Shown here piece by piece: positions 23,756-33,943 of a stretch of DNA of 64,000 nucleotides (positions are counted from its first letter, which is position 1; every line of letters begins with the position of its first letter). The notes under the pieces were generated by a model, which did not search any database, was not told where the DNA came from, and saw only the letters and a program-made list of their open reading frames with translations. A program made the translations under genes and the position numbers. Origin of the DNA: a virus. The stretch lies in the IMG/VR virus record IMGVR_UViG_3300033994_001756, positions 96,001 to 160,000 of that record; one strand, written 5' to 3'.

Positions 23756-26416
23756 ATGCCAGCCAGACAAACTCAGACATCATTTAGATCATTTTCTGAG
23801 TCACTCAGATCTAGAAGACTATCTCCAGTAAATCCATCTGCGATTACTGGAGGGAGAGTGTCTGGCGCAAATATTACAAAGAAAGAAGTAGAAGAATTCG
23901 GCCAGGTCAGAAAAATCCTTGGTGGATTATTAGCATTAGAGAAAAGATATTATCAATTTTTAGGGGATAGGATTCTACATTTTGCTAAAGAAGACGAAAG
24001 AAATAAATTAAAGCAAGAAGAGTCTGAGCAAGAAAAGAAAAAGAAACTAGGAAAGGATAAAGAAAAGAACCCTGTTTTAGAAAAAGCAAAGTCTGATCTA
24101 TCAATGATCGGAGGATTCTTCAAAAATCTTCTGAAGTTTTTCGTTGGGTATAAAGTTCTTGAGTGGGCATCCAAAAAAGAAAACATAAGCAAAATTCAAG
24201 ACTTTGCCAATCTATTCATAACGTTATTTAAATTCATTAGTGCAGTCACCAACTTTGGTGTTGATGTATTAATGAAAACTCTTACGGTTACTTCTAAAGT
24301 AATCAATGGAGTCTTTGATTTCATAGGAAAGGTAGCAGAATTTTTCAGCTTTAGTTGGCTGGGCGGTGGAGTAGAATGGCTATTATCCACCATTGAAAAT
24401 GCTACTTCTGTTATTGCAAGTATTCCAAATGCAATTACATTAGCAGTAAAATTCATGACTGATTTGATTCCAAATTTCCTGGAATCAGTTTTAACCCAAG
24501 GACTATTTGGTAGCCAGAAAGAACTAGAAGGTCAGGCTGATCAAGCAGTAGAAGCAAAGAAACCAGCAGAACCACAGACTCCATCAACAGAATCTGATAC
24601 TGGTAAAAAAGATCTAGGAGAAAAGGCAAAAGAATCACTTTCTAATATTGGAAAGAACATCCTGAAGACTCTGTTCCCAGGGATGGATGTTGCTGCGAAT
24701 ATTGGAGCCAAGATTGGTGGTTCTATTAAATCATTATTCAGTGGACCTAAAACTCAAGAGTCTCTTCCTAAGTTAGCTAAGGGTGGTATCGTAACTAAAC
24801 CAACTGAAGCGATTGTTGGTGAGGCAGGACCAGAAGCAATTCTTCCACTGGATAAATTGGGATCATTTGGTATTGATGGCTTCAAGGCATCTACCAATAA
24901 GATGATTCCTAAATTCATGAAGCTATTGACTTTACCATTTAATATTGTTGGTGCAGGAATCGTAGCATTAATTTCATCTGCAGTATCTAAAATTCCTGGT
25001 GTAGGACAATTTATACTTCCACTGATTTCTAATATTGCATCTAGCTTTGGTTTGCCTGCAGGATTGGTTGCGGGAATGAGTAATTTTGTAGGTGGTGTTA
25101 CATCTGCAATTTCTGGAGGACTTGGCAATGTAGCTGAATTATTTGGGAAGAATGAAGTCAATATACGTCAGCAGAAAGGAGAAGAGTTTTCTCCAACCAA
25201 TGATACTTCAGTTAAAGGATTACTTGGAAACATTCTTGGTGCTCTGATCAGCAAGCAAAAGAAAGCTGCCACCACACCTGGAACCACGCCTCCTCCACCC
25301 CCTTCCACCCCACCAGCCCCATCTGGAACCCCTTCTAGTGGCACTTCAGGGAGCACTCCTCCAGCTACTAAGCCGAGTTCCATATTCACGTATCCAACTC
25401 AAGGAGAGGGTGGTGTTCCTGGGCAAGGCGGTGGAGATAAAATTCCTGCATTGTTAGAACCTCAAGAGTATGTCCTGAATCGAAATGCTGTCAAGGGAAT
25501 GGGTGGTCCAAAAGTATTAGATGCTATTAACTATGGAATGTATCCAAGATTTGGTAGTGGTGGTCCAAATGTTTCAACTAAAAAGTTTTTAAAGCTTGGT
25601 GGTGGATGGGCTCCTGTACCAGAAGATTCTTCTGGTGTATCGTTAGGCAGAGGAATGAGTTCACGACATGGCGGAACAGATATTCCAATGCCAGTAGGAA
25701 CTCCGCTACTTGCACCTTTCGATGGAATGGTGAAAGAAACCGGAAAGAATCCTGATGGGTGGGGAAATTTCATGGTATTAAAAAGTTCCAATGGAGTTTA
25801 TTCTCTGTTTGGACATGTAAGTGATTATTCTAAAAAGCAAGGTGAACAAATTAAAGCGGGTGAACAAGTTGCATTAAGTGGGCATCGACATGGAGGAGGA
25901 AGAAGTAGTGGACCACATTTACATTGGGAAATTGGTAGTTCTTGGAATGGAACTATTGGTGGAAAGATAGATCCAATTAGTTGGTCCTCTGGCAAAGCTA
26001 TTCCATCTGTAAGTGGAAAAACATCATCCAGAACTAATACAGACTCTCCTGATGATTCCACAGAATCTACACCAACATTTACTGCTGAGATGGGAGCCAA
26101 AGCTGCTGAGCAGTTGGGCAAACTATTCCAGATGTTAAATGGTCCTGCACCCACTACAGTCCCAGAAGTTACCACTCCGCAGACTCCTAAAATAACAACT
26201 GCAGTTTCTGGAAACTCCCAAAATCTACAGAGAGTTCAGAGAGAAAATCTAAAAGTTCAGGCTCAAGCTAAACAGCAAACTAAAGCTGGTGGTAATGTAA
26301 TAACTCTAGGCGAGCCAAATAAAACTATTACAGAATCAAGATCTCAACCAATGACATCTACATTAGGAGGCACAACTCCACCGAATTCATTAATCAATTA
26401 TCCATTAGCACCATAA
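23756..26416 (+). CDS. Tape-measure/hub-like protein with M23 peptidase domain
   Basis: Helical N-half, GGIVTKPT..GEAGPEA motif, HGGTD..FGH..GPHLHWE. Confidence 0.75.
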   Translation: MPARQTQTSFRSFSESLRSRRLSPVNPSAITGGRVSGANITKKEVEEFGQVRKILGGLLALEKRYYQFLGDRILHFAKEDERNKLKQEESEQEKKKKLGKDKEKNPVLEKAKSDLSMIGGFFKNLLKFFVGYKVLEWASKKENISKIQDFANLFITLFKFISAVTNFGVDVLMKTLTVTSKVINGVFDFIGKVAEFFSFSWLGGGVEWLLSTIENATSVIASIPNAITLAVKFMTDLIPNFLESVLTQGLFGSQKELEGQADQAVEAKKPAEPQTPSTESDTGKKDLGEKAKESLSNIGKNILKTLFPGMDVAANIGAKIGGSIKSLFSGPKTQESLPKLAKGGIVTKPTEAIVGEAGPEAILPLDKLGSFGIDGFKASTNKMIPKFMKLLTLPFNIVGAGIVALISSAVSKIPGVGQFILPLISNIASSFGLPAGLVAGMSNFVGGVTSAISGGLGNVAELFGKNEVNIRQQKGEEFSPTNDTSVKGLLGNILGALISKQKKAATTPGTTPPPPPSTPPAPSGTPSSGTSGSTPPATKPSSIFTYPTQGEGGVPGQGGGDKIPALLEPQEYVLNRNAVKGMGGPKVLDAINYGMYPRFGSGGPNVSTKKFLKLGGGWAPVPEDSSGVSLGRGMSSRHGGTDIPMPVGTPLLAPFDGMVKETGKNPDGWGNFMVLKSSNGVYSLFGHVSDYSKKQGEQIKAGEQVALSGHRHGGGRSSGPHLHWEIGSSWNGTIGGKIDPISWSSGKAIPSVSGKTSSRTNTDSPDDSTESTPTFTAEMGAKAAEQLGKLFQMLNGPAPTTVPEVTTPQTPKITTAVSGNSQNLQRVQRENLKVQAQAKQQTKAGGNVITLGEPNKTITESRSQPMTSTLGGTTPPNSLINYPLAP

Positions 26417-26417
26417 A

Positions 26418-29396
26418 ATGGAAAACTTAACACCAGTTAGACCAGCTTCCATTATAGGTAATAGTCGTCTAAGAGAAATCAAGACGATAAAGGGTATTGC
26501 ACAAGATTTAGTAAAGCAGAAAAAACAGAATTTTGAATTGGAAAAAAAATTCTTCAAAATTCAAAAGGATACTATTGATAGAAATAAATTAAGAGACAAA
26601 GAAAGACTTCAGGAAGCAAAGAAACCAAAAAGAAAAGCTGGATTTGTTCGTGAAGAACTTAAAGATAAGTCTATAAAACTATTTGATTTGTTCAAGTTCT
26701 TTGTAGGATATAAAGTATTACAGTGGATGTCTCGCAAAGAGAATATTGAATCTATTGGCGAAATCGCCAAAGCCATGAAAAATATTTTTAAGATTATAGA
26801 TCATCTTGCTGGTATTGGAGTTGAAGGAGTTCTTGGTGGACTTCATAGTGTTCTATTTGGAAGCAACTTTTTAGAAAGATTTTTCGGAATATTTAAACTC
26901 ATAGGTGGCTTTTTCATTATCAGGAGACTATTGTTTCCAGGTAAAATACTTAAAGACATTACTTGGATATTAAAGAATAGAAAGTCTATTGGTAAAGTAT
27001 TCCAAGCATTAGGATCTGGAAAACTTAAAGAAGCTCTTGGAAGACTATTTAAACTATTAACTCCAAATTTATATGTTGTATATACCAGAGGATTGACTGC
27101 AGGAGTTAAGCGAGTAATTCTTAAAGTATTTGGAAAGAATACTTTAAAACTCCTGACTAAGGTAGCTTCTAAAATTGGATTCAGAAGTGCAAAAGAGTTT
27201 GTAAAAAATACTGCAAAAAATATTGCCAAGCCTTTAACTAGAATACCTTTCATTGGACCTATACTTGGCTTTGGATTAAATCTAATTTTTGGTGATCCAC
27301 TAGACAAGGCTGCAGTCAAAGCAATTGGTGCTGGGATTGGAGCATGGCTAGGTGGTATTGTAATGGGCGCATTGGGAAGCATCGTTCCTGTTGCAGGAAC
27401 TGCAGCTGGTGCTGGACTTGGTGCATTTGTTGGTGGATTTATTGGAGACTGGGTTGGTGATAAATTATACGGATTCTTTAAAGGATTCACCGCACCTAAA
27501 GAACCTGCACTTGCTGTTGGTGGTATTGTAACCAAGCCAACCAGGGCTTTGATTGGTGAGGCTGGGCCAGAAGCAGTTATTCCGCTACCAAAAATTTATG
27601 ATAGAACTATATTAAATGCTCCTATGGGTATAGTTGCATCTTCTATGATTGGGGGGATAGATGCAGTTATATCTTCATTGGGTCCTGTTGGCTTAACGAT
27701 TAGACCATATGCATCTAGTTTACTAGCTCCATACAGAAGAGAGTTTGGATCTACCAACTATGTGTTCACTTCTAATATTGGAGGTAAGACTACACCTTTA
27801 ACTACTAAACTTCCAGAGCAAAATGACAACGAGGAAGTTGCTAAAATACTTGGTCTGAATAAAACCATTAATTTAATCAAGAAAAAGGAAACTGCAGAAG
27901 AGGCTAAAAAAGCCAGATACAATTCTGGGAATAGTGTTCGTGAAATTCTTGGAGATATTCTAAACAATATTATCAATCTAGACTTTACTAAAAAGTCTAA
28001 AAAGAAAACACGCCCAGGTGATACAACTAGAAATGGGGATATTGGTGAAGTTGGTGGGGAAGTAGATTTATCTGACGCTGACGATAGAACTTTATTAAAG
28101 CAACTAGCACTTGCAGAAGCTGCAGGTGAAGGTGTTGTTGGAATGGCATTGGTTGTCAATTCTGTGTTGAATAGAAAGCGAATTTTAGATGGTGGTGCTT
28201 CTCCTGGATTATTCCATGCAACTGATAAAACTATTCGTGGAATAATATACGCCAAAGACAGTGTTCAATATACTCCAGTTCAAAGTGGCACTATTAACAA
28301 GCAGTGGGGTGAAGGATCACTGAACCTTGCAGAGAAAGCTTTGCAAATGGGAATGGATAAGTCTAAGTTGAGACAAGCATTGGAAGCTGAAGGAGTTAGT
28401 GAAAATAGTATAAAATTTCTAATCAATTCAACTGGATTTAGAAACTATGATGCAGGTGCAAGCAATGATAGATCTCAGAAGGTTAATGAGACTGTATATA
28501 AACGGCACACCTTTAATACTGCGGGTGTCCCTAAGATGCAACAAGGTGGTTTAGTTTCAAGAGGAGATATTACGAGTAAGTTTGGAAATAAAGAATCATT
28601 TAGAAAAAATTCTCATGAAGGAATTGATATTGCATTTCCATCTGGAACTCCTTTATCATTTACTTTAGGTGGAAAATTTCTTAAAGTTGCTAGAAGTTCC
28701 AGTAAAGAAAGAGAAGCAAATGGTGGCTATGGTCAATACATGGATCTTAAGTTATCCGATGGAAAGATTGCCAGACTTGCACACCTAAGCTCTATCCCCA
28801 ATTGGGTAAAGCAGGGTGGCGATTTCACACCAAATGCAATTGTTGCATTAAGTGGTGGCGCACCAGGAGCACCTGGCTCTGGTAGATCTGGTGGGCCACA
28901 TTTACATTTAGAGCAACACACAACTCAAAAAGATTTAGCAGAGACTTTAAATGGTAAGGTTGATCCATTATCACAAGGTCTATTTGGATTATTGAGGAAA
29001 GGTGGTGCCCCTGGAAGTGCAACTAGTGGACCTGCTCAACCTTCACAATCTCCAGCTGCATCCCCGAATACAGTAAAAGAGTCGGAAGAATCTCAGCAAG
29101 AATCGCAACCGCCACCAATTAATTATGATGACATTGCTAAAAATCTAGGAGAATTGTTCCAGATGTTAACTGGAACTCCAAAGACAAATGGTGCTCAGTT
29201 ACAAAAAAATAGTATGGATTATGTCCAAGCATTCAAAGACTTCAAGCCAAATCCAGATACATATATTATGATGGGTGGAACTAATATAATTTCAAGTACT
29301 ACATTGTTGACTCCAATTGAGCAACTAGATTATTCTTCTGGATCATTCTCAAGTATAGATAGCGCAACTGCGTTTAAACTCAACACAAGACTCTAA
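26418..29396 (+). CDS. Tape-measure/hub-like protein with SleB-type hydrolase and M23 peptidase domains
   Basis: Gly-rich hydrophobic region; AEAAGEG..VVNSVLNR..QYTP..HTF; HEGID..LAHL..GPHLHLE. Confidence 0.75.
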   Translation: MENLTPVRPASIIGNSRLREIKTIKGIAQDLVKQKKQNFELEKKFFKIQKDTIDRNKLRDKERLQEAKKPKRKAGFVREELKDKSIKLFDLFKFFVGYKVLQWMSRKENIESIGEIAKAMKNIFKIIDHLAGIGVEGVLGGLHSVLFGSNFLERFFGIFKLIGGFFIIRRLLFPGKILKDITWILKNRKSIGKVFQALGSGKLKEALGRLFKLLTPNLYVVYTRGLTAGVKRVILKVFGKNTLKLLTKVASKIGFRSAKEFVKNTAKNIAKPLTRIPFIGPILGFGLNLIFGDPLDKAAVKAIGAGIGAWLGGIVMGALGSIVPVAGTAAGAGLGAFVGGFIGDWVGDKLYGFFKGFTAPKEPALAVGGIVTKPTRALIGEAGPEAVIPLPKIYDRTILNAPMGIVASSMIGGIDAVISSLGPVGLTIRPYASSLLAPYRREFGSTNYVFTSNIGGKTTPLTTKLPEQNDNEEVAKILGLNKTINLIKKKETAEEAKKARYNSGNSVREILGDILNNIINLDFTKKSKKKTRPGDTTRNGDIGEVGGEVDLSDADDRTLLKQLALAEAAGEGVVGMALVVNSVLNRKRILDGGASPGLFHATDKTIRGIIYAKDSVQYTPVQSGTINKQWGEGSLNLAEKALQMGMDKSKLRQALEAEGVSENSIKFLINSTGFRNYDAGASNDRSQKVNETVYKRHTFNTAGVPKMQQGGLVSRGDITSKFGNKESFRKNSHEGIDIAFPSGTPLSFTLGGKFLKVARSSSKEREANGGYGQYMDLKLSDGKIARLAHLSSIPNWVKQGGDFTPNAIVALSGGAPGAPGSGRSGGPHLHLEQHTTQKDLAETLNGKVDPLSQGLFGLLRKGGAPGSATSGPAQPSQSPAASPNTVKESEESQQESQPPPINYDDIAKNLGELFQMLTGTPKTNGAQLQKNSMDYVQAFKDFKPNPDTYIMMGGTNIISSTTLLTPIEQLDYSSGSFSSIDSATAFKLNTRL

Positions 29397-30718
29397 TGAA
29401 TCAACAATTTGCTGGAGATTTTTCTCTAAAAACAATAAAGTTATATCCACTTACTGCAGTTAATGGAGATAAACGTCCGTTTATTGACATCAAAGAACTT
29501 GTTAAAGAAGTTACTTTTTACCAGAGTATTATATCCACTAGTTTATATTGTGAACTTGTAGTTAATGATATTGGAGAAAACTTAATCGAAACTCTTCCCC
29601 TGATTGGACGAGAAAGAATTGAATTAAATATCTCAACTCCATATGCAAATTATGATTTGAATTTTTACATTCATAAGATTGATGGTCGAGTAATGCAAGA
29701 GAAGAACCAAGTATATGTGGTTCATGCAATAAGTAAAGAAGCTTTAGACAACGAGTACACTAGAATTCGTGAACGAGTAAATGGAAAAAAAGCAGAAGTA
29801 TTTCTAGAAGAAAAATTAAAAACCATAAGCCAAAAAGAGTTTAAAAAGAATGTAGATGATACATTATATCCTTTTGACATGTATGTTCCCAACTGGAGAT
29901 TGTTTGATACTGCAATCTGGATGTCTCGCAGAAGTGTTCCAGTAAAAAATAAATCTTCCGTGGGATATGTATTTTATGAAACCTTTGAGGGATATAATTT
30001 TAAATCTCTAGACGTATTATTTGATGCGGGTACATATCCAAATAACAAAACAAAATATGCGTTTGTTCAGGGAAATACATCTGCATCCAAGACTGAGTTG
30101 AATAACTATAGAATTATGAATTATTCATCTACAAAGGCATTTGATATTTTAGATGACCTTCGTAATGGTGCATTTGCACATAATGCACTGTACGTAGATA
30201 TCAACAATCGTAACTTTCAAAATTGGAGTACTAATGCCTCAACATACTGGAAAGATATGAGTCATCTTAATAAAATGACTCCATATCAAGATGAAGATTT
30301 GTTGAAGCGACCATCTAGATTAATCTATAGACCTACCACAAATTCTACATTTGGTTGGAAAGATTTATCCAATGAAGAAATTGAAAATTTAAACAACATA
30401 GATGAAGTAAATAAAAATTATGAGAAGTCAATTTACAGATATTACTTCTTGGAATATAATAAATTAGAAATCGCTGTTCCTGGAGACTTAAAACTTCAAC
30501 CAGGGTACGTAATCAATGTTTCTATTCCTTCTCCGAAGAGAACTAGCGATAATAAAATAAAAGAAGATACTAGATTAAGTGGCAGATATATTGTTCATTC
30601 TGTTAAGCATACCATCCTAAATAGAACTGAACTTAGAACTATTGCTACATTAACAAGAGATTCATTTGGTGGTAATGAAATCAAAAAAACTAATGTACCC
30701 AGCGGAGCAACATTCTAA
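29396..30718 (+). CDS. Baseplate hub/tail protein (gp27-like position)
   Basis: FYETFEGYNFKSLD, VPGD..PG, LSGRYIVHSVKH; upstream of gp5. Confidence 0.6.
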   Translation: MNQQFAGDFSLKTIKLYPLTAVNGDKRPFIDIKELVKEVTFYQSIISTSLYCELVVNDIGENLIETLPLIGRERIELNISTPYANYDLNFYIHKIDGRVMQEKNQVYVVHAISKEALDNEYTRIRERVNGKKAEVFLEEKLKTISQKEFKKNVDDTLYPFDMYVPNWRLFDTAIWMSRRSVPVKNKSSVGYVFYETFEGYNFKSLDVLFDAGTYPNNKTKYAFVQGNTSASKTELNNYRIMNYSSTKAFDILDDLRNGAFAHNALYVDINNRNFQNWSTNASTYWKDMSHLNKMTPYQDEDLLKRPSRLIYRPTTNSTFGWKDLSNEEIENLNNIDEVNKNYEKSIYRYYFLEYNKLEIAVPGDLKLQPGYVINVSIPSPKRTSDNKIKEDTRLSGRYIVHSVKHTILNRTELRTIATLTRDSFGGNEIKKTNVPSGATF

Positions 30719-30934
30719 ATGGAACAAGATATAAATCAACACATCGATCGAAATAAAGATCAACTAGAAGATTCAAATACTAGTTCTCAAAGACGTAGAT
30801 TTTTAGAAAGCGAACTAGAGTCTCTAATTAAATATAAAGAAAATCACCCAACCAAAACAAAAGATCCTAGCCCACTAGATCTATTCTGCAACGAAAACCC
30901 AGAAGCTCCTGAATGTCGTATATACGAAGTGTAA
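30719..30934 (+). CDS. cp12: CP12-like Calvin cycle regulator
   Basis: C-terminal PLDLFCNENPEAPECRIYE motif. Confidence 0.85.
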   Translation: MEQDINQHIDRNKDQLEDSNTSSQRRRFLESELESLIKYKENHPTKTKDPSPLDLFCNENPEAPECRIYEV

Positions 30935-30937
30935 TAC

Positions 30938-33388
30938 ATGTCAATTAATCCTACATTACAAAATTCTGCATTCCTTGGTAATAATGATTTCACTTGGTGG
31001 TTAGGCACTGTAGAAAATCCAGATGATCGAGATGCGAAACTAGGTAGAGTTCGTGTAAAAATTCTTGGCTTTCATGATCCATTTGAGAAGCCAGAGAATT
31101 TACCTTGGGCACTCGTTCTTCAACCAACTACTAATGCTGCAGTAAGTGGTATTGGAAATGCAGCTAATGCAGGATTAAAAGCAGGTAGTTTTGTGATGGG
31201 ATTTTTCCTAGACTATCCTGACTGCCAACAGCCCGTAGTAATGGGCTCATTCTATAGTCAAATCAGACCAATTTTTGGAGACCCAAATACTCCTGCTACT
31301 GCTAATACTCCTGGAATTGCAAATACAGTAACTTCAAAAGAATCCAAAACAGGTCAGCCACAAGATGCCGAGAGAACTAATGATGCAGGTGGACTAGCAT
31401 CTGATTCCGTTGCAGCTGCTTCTCTTCCTGCATCTCCATCTAATCCATCTGGAAATGTTGGAGCCACATCTATTGCAGATGGAAAAGATGGCCCTGCAAA
31501 TACACTTGTAGAAGATATTAAAAGATGTATTGAAGGACTTGGTAATATATTTAAAACTGGAGTTATATATAATCCAAATGCAACTAATCCAAAATTAACT
31601 AGAGATTTATCTATCGAAGAAAATTATATTACAATTAGTAGTGTAGATGCGTTTCCTCCAATTGGAGTAATTCAAATAGGAAATGAAAAGATTGGATATA
31701 ATGGAAAGAATGAAAAGTCTTTAGTCAATGTAAAAAGAGGACTACAAGGAACAACACCAATTGCACATTCTTCAGGTGCATCTATTAGATATATTAAGAA
31801 GACTGATACTCCAATTGAAATCTATGGTAAGTTTACAAATAAAGTTGTAGATTTAAAAAGTGCCGTAGATAGATGTATTCAAGTAATTAGAAATTTAGTT
31901 TGGTATATTGTCAACAAAGTTAAGTCTTGGTTGATGGCGGAAGTTACCAGAATTTTAAATGATATTGGGCTAGGAGCAAGTAGCCCCATTCCATATTTTG
32001 TAAAAACTCTTACTGAAGTTGTTGTTCAAGTTCTGAAAACTATTTCATGTACAATTGATGAAGCATTAGTTGATGCATTGATGAGTGGAATTGAAGGGTT
32101 TATTAAAGATTTTGTTGAGAATATGGCTAATGATTTGTTGGAAATGGCAGATAATTATATTCAATTTGCAGAGAATTGTATTAATGATATATTTGGATCT
32201 ATCTTTGAACTCATAGCAGTCGGAACTGAAATTGCAAGTGCTATTCAAGGAATTATATCTTTGATTCAAAGTGTTGGGAAAATAGGTGAGATGGGTGCAT
32301 TGTTTGATGACAAGGGATTCGTAAATGCAAATATGTTAAGTAACATAGGAAATATAGTTGGATTTATTTTAAATTTACTTGGCATTGGATGTAACAGAAC
32401 TACTGATTCCCCACTGCAAATTGATTGGAATGAATGTGCATTAACTGGAAACAACTGCAATCCATTTAATTTTAGAGTTACTAATAATATTGCAGGTAAA
32501 TGGAATCCAGAATATTCAAAAGTTTCTGTTCAAGCTTCTGAGGCAGGTCATATGATTATGATGGATGACACTCCATATCATAATAGACTTGTCATTGAAG
32601 CTGCTGGTAGCAGAACTGGTTTTCAAGTAGATGATGATGGGAATATTCGTGTCACCAATAGTAATAACAAAGTTGAAATTACTTTTGGCAAACAAGAAGT
32701 TACTATTATGGGAGATGTACACATCAAGACTAAAGGTAATTATCACTTAAAGGTTGGTGGGAACTATCATCTAGAAGTAGATGGTCAGTATAATGTATTT
32801 GCAAACCGAGAAAGTAAAGTAACTTATAATGGAGAACATGAAACAATTTATAGTAATGATGCTAAGTTAAGTGCTGCGAATGGATTGGCTATTGCAGGGT
32901 CTAAAATAGGTCTTAGTGCAGGTGGACAGTTAGATATATATGCGCCAACATTTAGTACTATTTGCACAGAACAAAATCATCTATTATCTGGATCTTGGAA
33001 TCTGTTTGCAATGTATGAGAATAAGTATATTGGATTAAATAAATTTTGTTTGGTTGGAGGAAATAAAATCAATCTTCGTGCAGGAACTAATACCGATATT
33101 GGAACTGGGTTATCTAATAAATTCCAGGCAACTGCAGAAAATGTATGGAAGGGCGGATTATACAATACTACTATTATGGGAGTCAATAGTCTTACTAGGT
33201 TGGGTATTAATAATGATACTACAGTTGGAGCAACATCTAAGAATAGATTGGCGGTTCAGCTGGAGGCTGTTGGTGGGCCTAATTTCTGTACAGTTGCAGC
33301 TCCAGAATCAAGAATAACAGAGGGACCAATACTAGATTTAAGTAGTTCCTTATGCATGAGAGAAGCTCCAGTCATCTTCGATACATAA
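30938..33388 (+). CDS. gp5: Baseplate hub/puncturing protein gp5, no lysozyme domain evident
   Basis: OB-fold WWLGTVE..LGRVRVKI.G..LPWA..GFFLD; SEAGH..DDTP; C-terminal beta-helix repeats. Confidence 0.85.
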   Translation: MSINPTLQNSAFLGNNDFTWWLGTVENPDDRDAKLGRVRVKILGFHDPFEKPENLPWALVLQPTTNAAVSGIGNAANAGLKAGSFVMGFFLDYPDCQQPVVMGSFYSQIRPIFGDPNTPATANTPGIANTVTSKESKTGQPQDAERTNDAGGLASDSVAAASLPASPSNPSGNVGATSIADGKDGPANTLVEDIKRCIEGLGNIFKTGVIYNPNATNPKLTRDLSIEENYITISSVDAFPPIGVIQIGNEKIGYNGKNEKSLVNVKRGLQGTTPIAHSSGASIRYIKKTDTPIEIYGKFTNKVVDLKSAVDRCIQVIRNLVWYIVNKVKSWLMAEVTRILNDIGLGASSPIPYFVKTLTEVVVQVLKTISCTIDEALVDALMSGIEGFIKDFVENMANDLLEMADNYIQFAENCINDIFGSIFELIAVGTEIASAIQGIISLIQSVGKIGEMGALFDDKGFVNANMLSNIGNIVGFILNLLGIGCNRTTDSPLQIDWNECALTGNNCNPFNFRVTNNIAGKWNPEYSKVSVQASEAGHMIMMDDTPYHNRLVIEAAGSRTGFQVDDDGNIRVTNSNNKVEITFGKQEVTIMGDVHIKTKGNYHLKVGGNYHLEVDGQYNVFANRESKVTYNGEHETIYSNDAKLSAANGLAIAGSKIGLSAGGQLDIYAPTFSTICTEQNHLLSGSWNLFAMYENKYIGLNKFCLVGGNKINLRAGTNTDIGTGLSNKFQATAENVWKGGLYNTTIMGVNSLTRLGINNDTTVGATSKNRLAVQLEAVGGPNFCTVAAPESRITEGPILDLSSSLCMREAPVIFDT

Positions 33389-33394
33389 TAGGGA

Positions 33395-33429
33395 GGGGGG
33401 TTGACAAGCCCCTGGTAGCGTGCTATACT
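33395..33429 (+). promoter_or_regulatory. sigma70-like promoter with the -35 box in a hairpin
   Basis: GGGGTT-GAC-AAGCCCC; TTGACA-17 nt-TATACT. Confidence 0.65.
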
Positions 33430-33445
33430 ATGTGGGTACTGAGAG

Positions 33446-33637
33446 ATGCCTATGAACATTCGGGATAATTCAACTCTGAATCGGGTCGAGGTTGATATGC
33501 TGTCTAGGACTATCCATTTACATGGAGACGACGGAGAGTATATGAAAGTAGATGATTCCGATTCGGATCAATTCACAAACATGTGTACATTCATCAATGA
33601 AACTCTACCAGTGGATATGATCACATATACGTACTAA
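33446..33637 (+). CDS. Hypothetical protein
   Basis: ORF track. Confidence 0.6.
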   Translation: MPMNIRDNSTLNRVEVDMLSRTIHLHGDDGEYMKVDDSDSDQFTNMCTFINETLPVDMITYTY

Positions 33638-33704
33638 AATCAACTTTTAGTTACTAAATACCCGAAAAAAAATCTCCCAAGATTTTTGACTTGTAGGGTT
33701 TTTT

Positions 33705-33777
33705 GCTGGTTTAGCTATCTGGTGAAAGCACCCGACTCATAATCGGATATAGGTGGGTTCGATCCCCTCAATCAGCA
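33705..33777 (+). tRNA. tRNA with CAT anticodon (Met or Ile2)
   Basis: GCTGGTT/AATCAGC acceptor stem, CCGA-CTCATAA-TCGG. Confidence 0.9.
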
Positions 33778-33778
33778 C

Positions 33779-33807
33779 TTGACAATCTCCTAGCCATATG
33801 CTATGAT
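33779..33807 (+). promoter_or_regulatory. sigma70-like promoter
   Basis: TTGACA-17 nt-TATGAT with TG extension. Confidence 0.65.
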
Positions 33808-33822
33808 TGTCTCATACATCAC

Positions 33823-33906
33823 GGGGCGGTGGTGGAAGTGGTAGACACACCAGACTTAAAATCTGTTGGCAGTAATGCCGTGGGGGTTCAAGTCCCCCTC
33901 GCCCTA
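33823..33906 (+). tRNA. trnL: tRNA-Leu(TAA)
   Basis: CAGA-CTTAAAA-TCTG, long variable arm, no intron. Confidence 0.92.
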
Positions 33907-33943
33907 TACTAATAAATAAGTTATCGTTAATACAAGTACAGAC

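Noticed and set aside
25265-25375. GC-rich patch suggesting foreign DNA
   Set aside because: Explained by a Pro/Thr/Ser-rich linker in the protein
33823-33906. Group I intron in tRNA-Leu(TAA), as in many cyanobacteria
   Set aside because: The anticodon loop is contiguous
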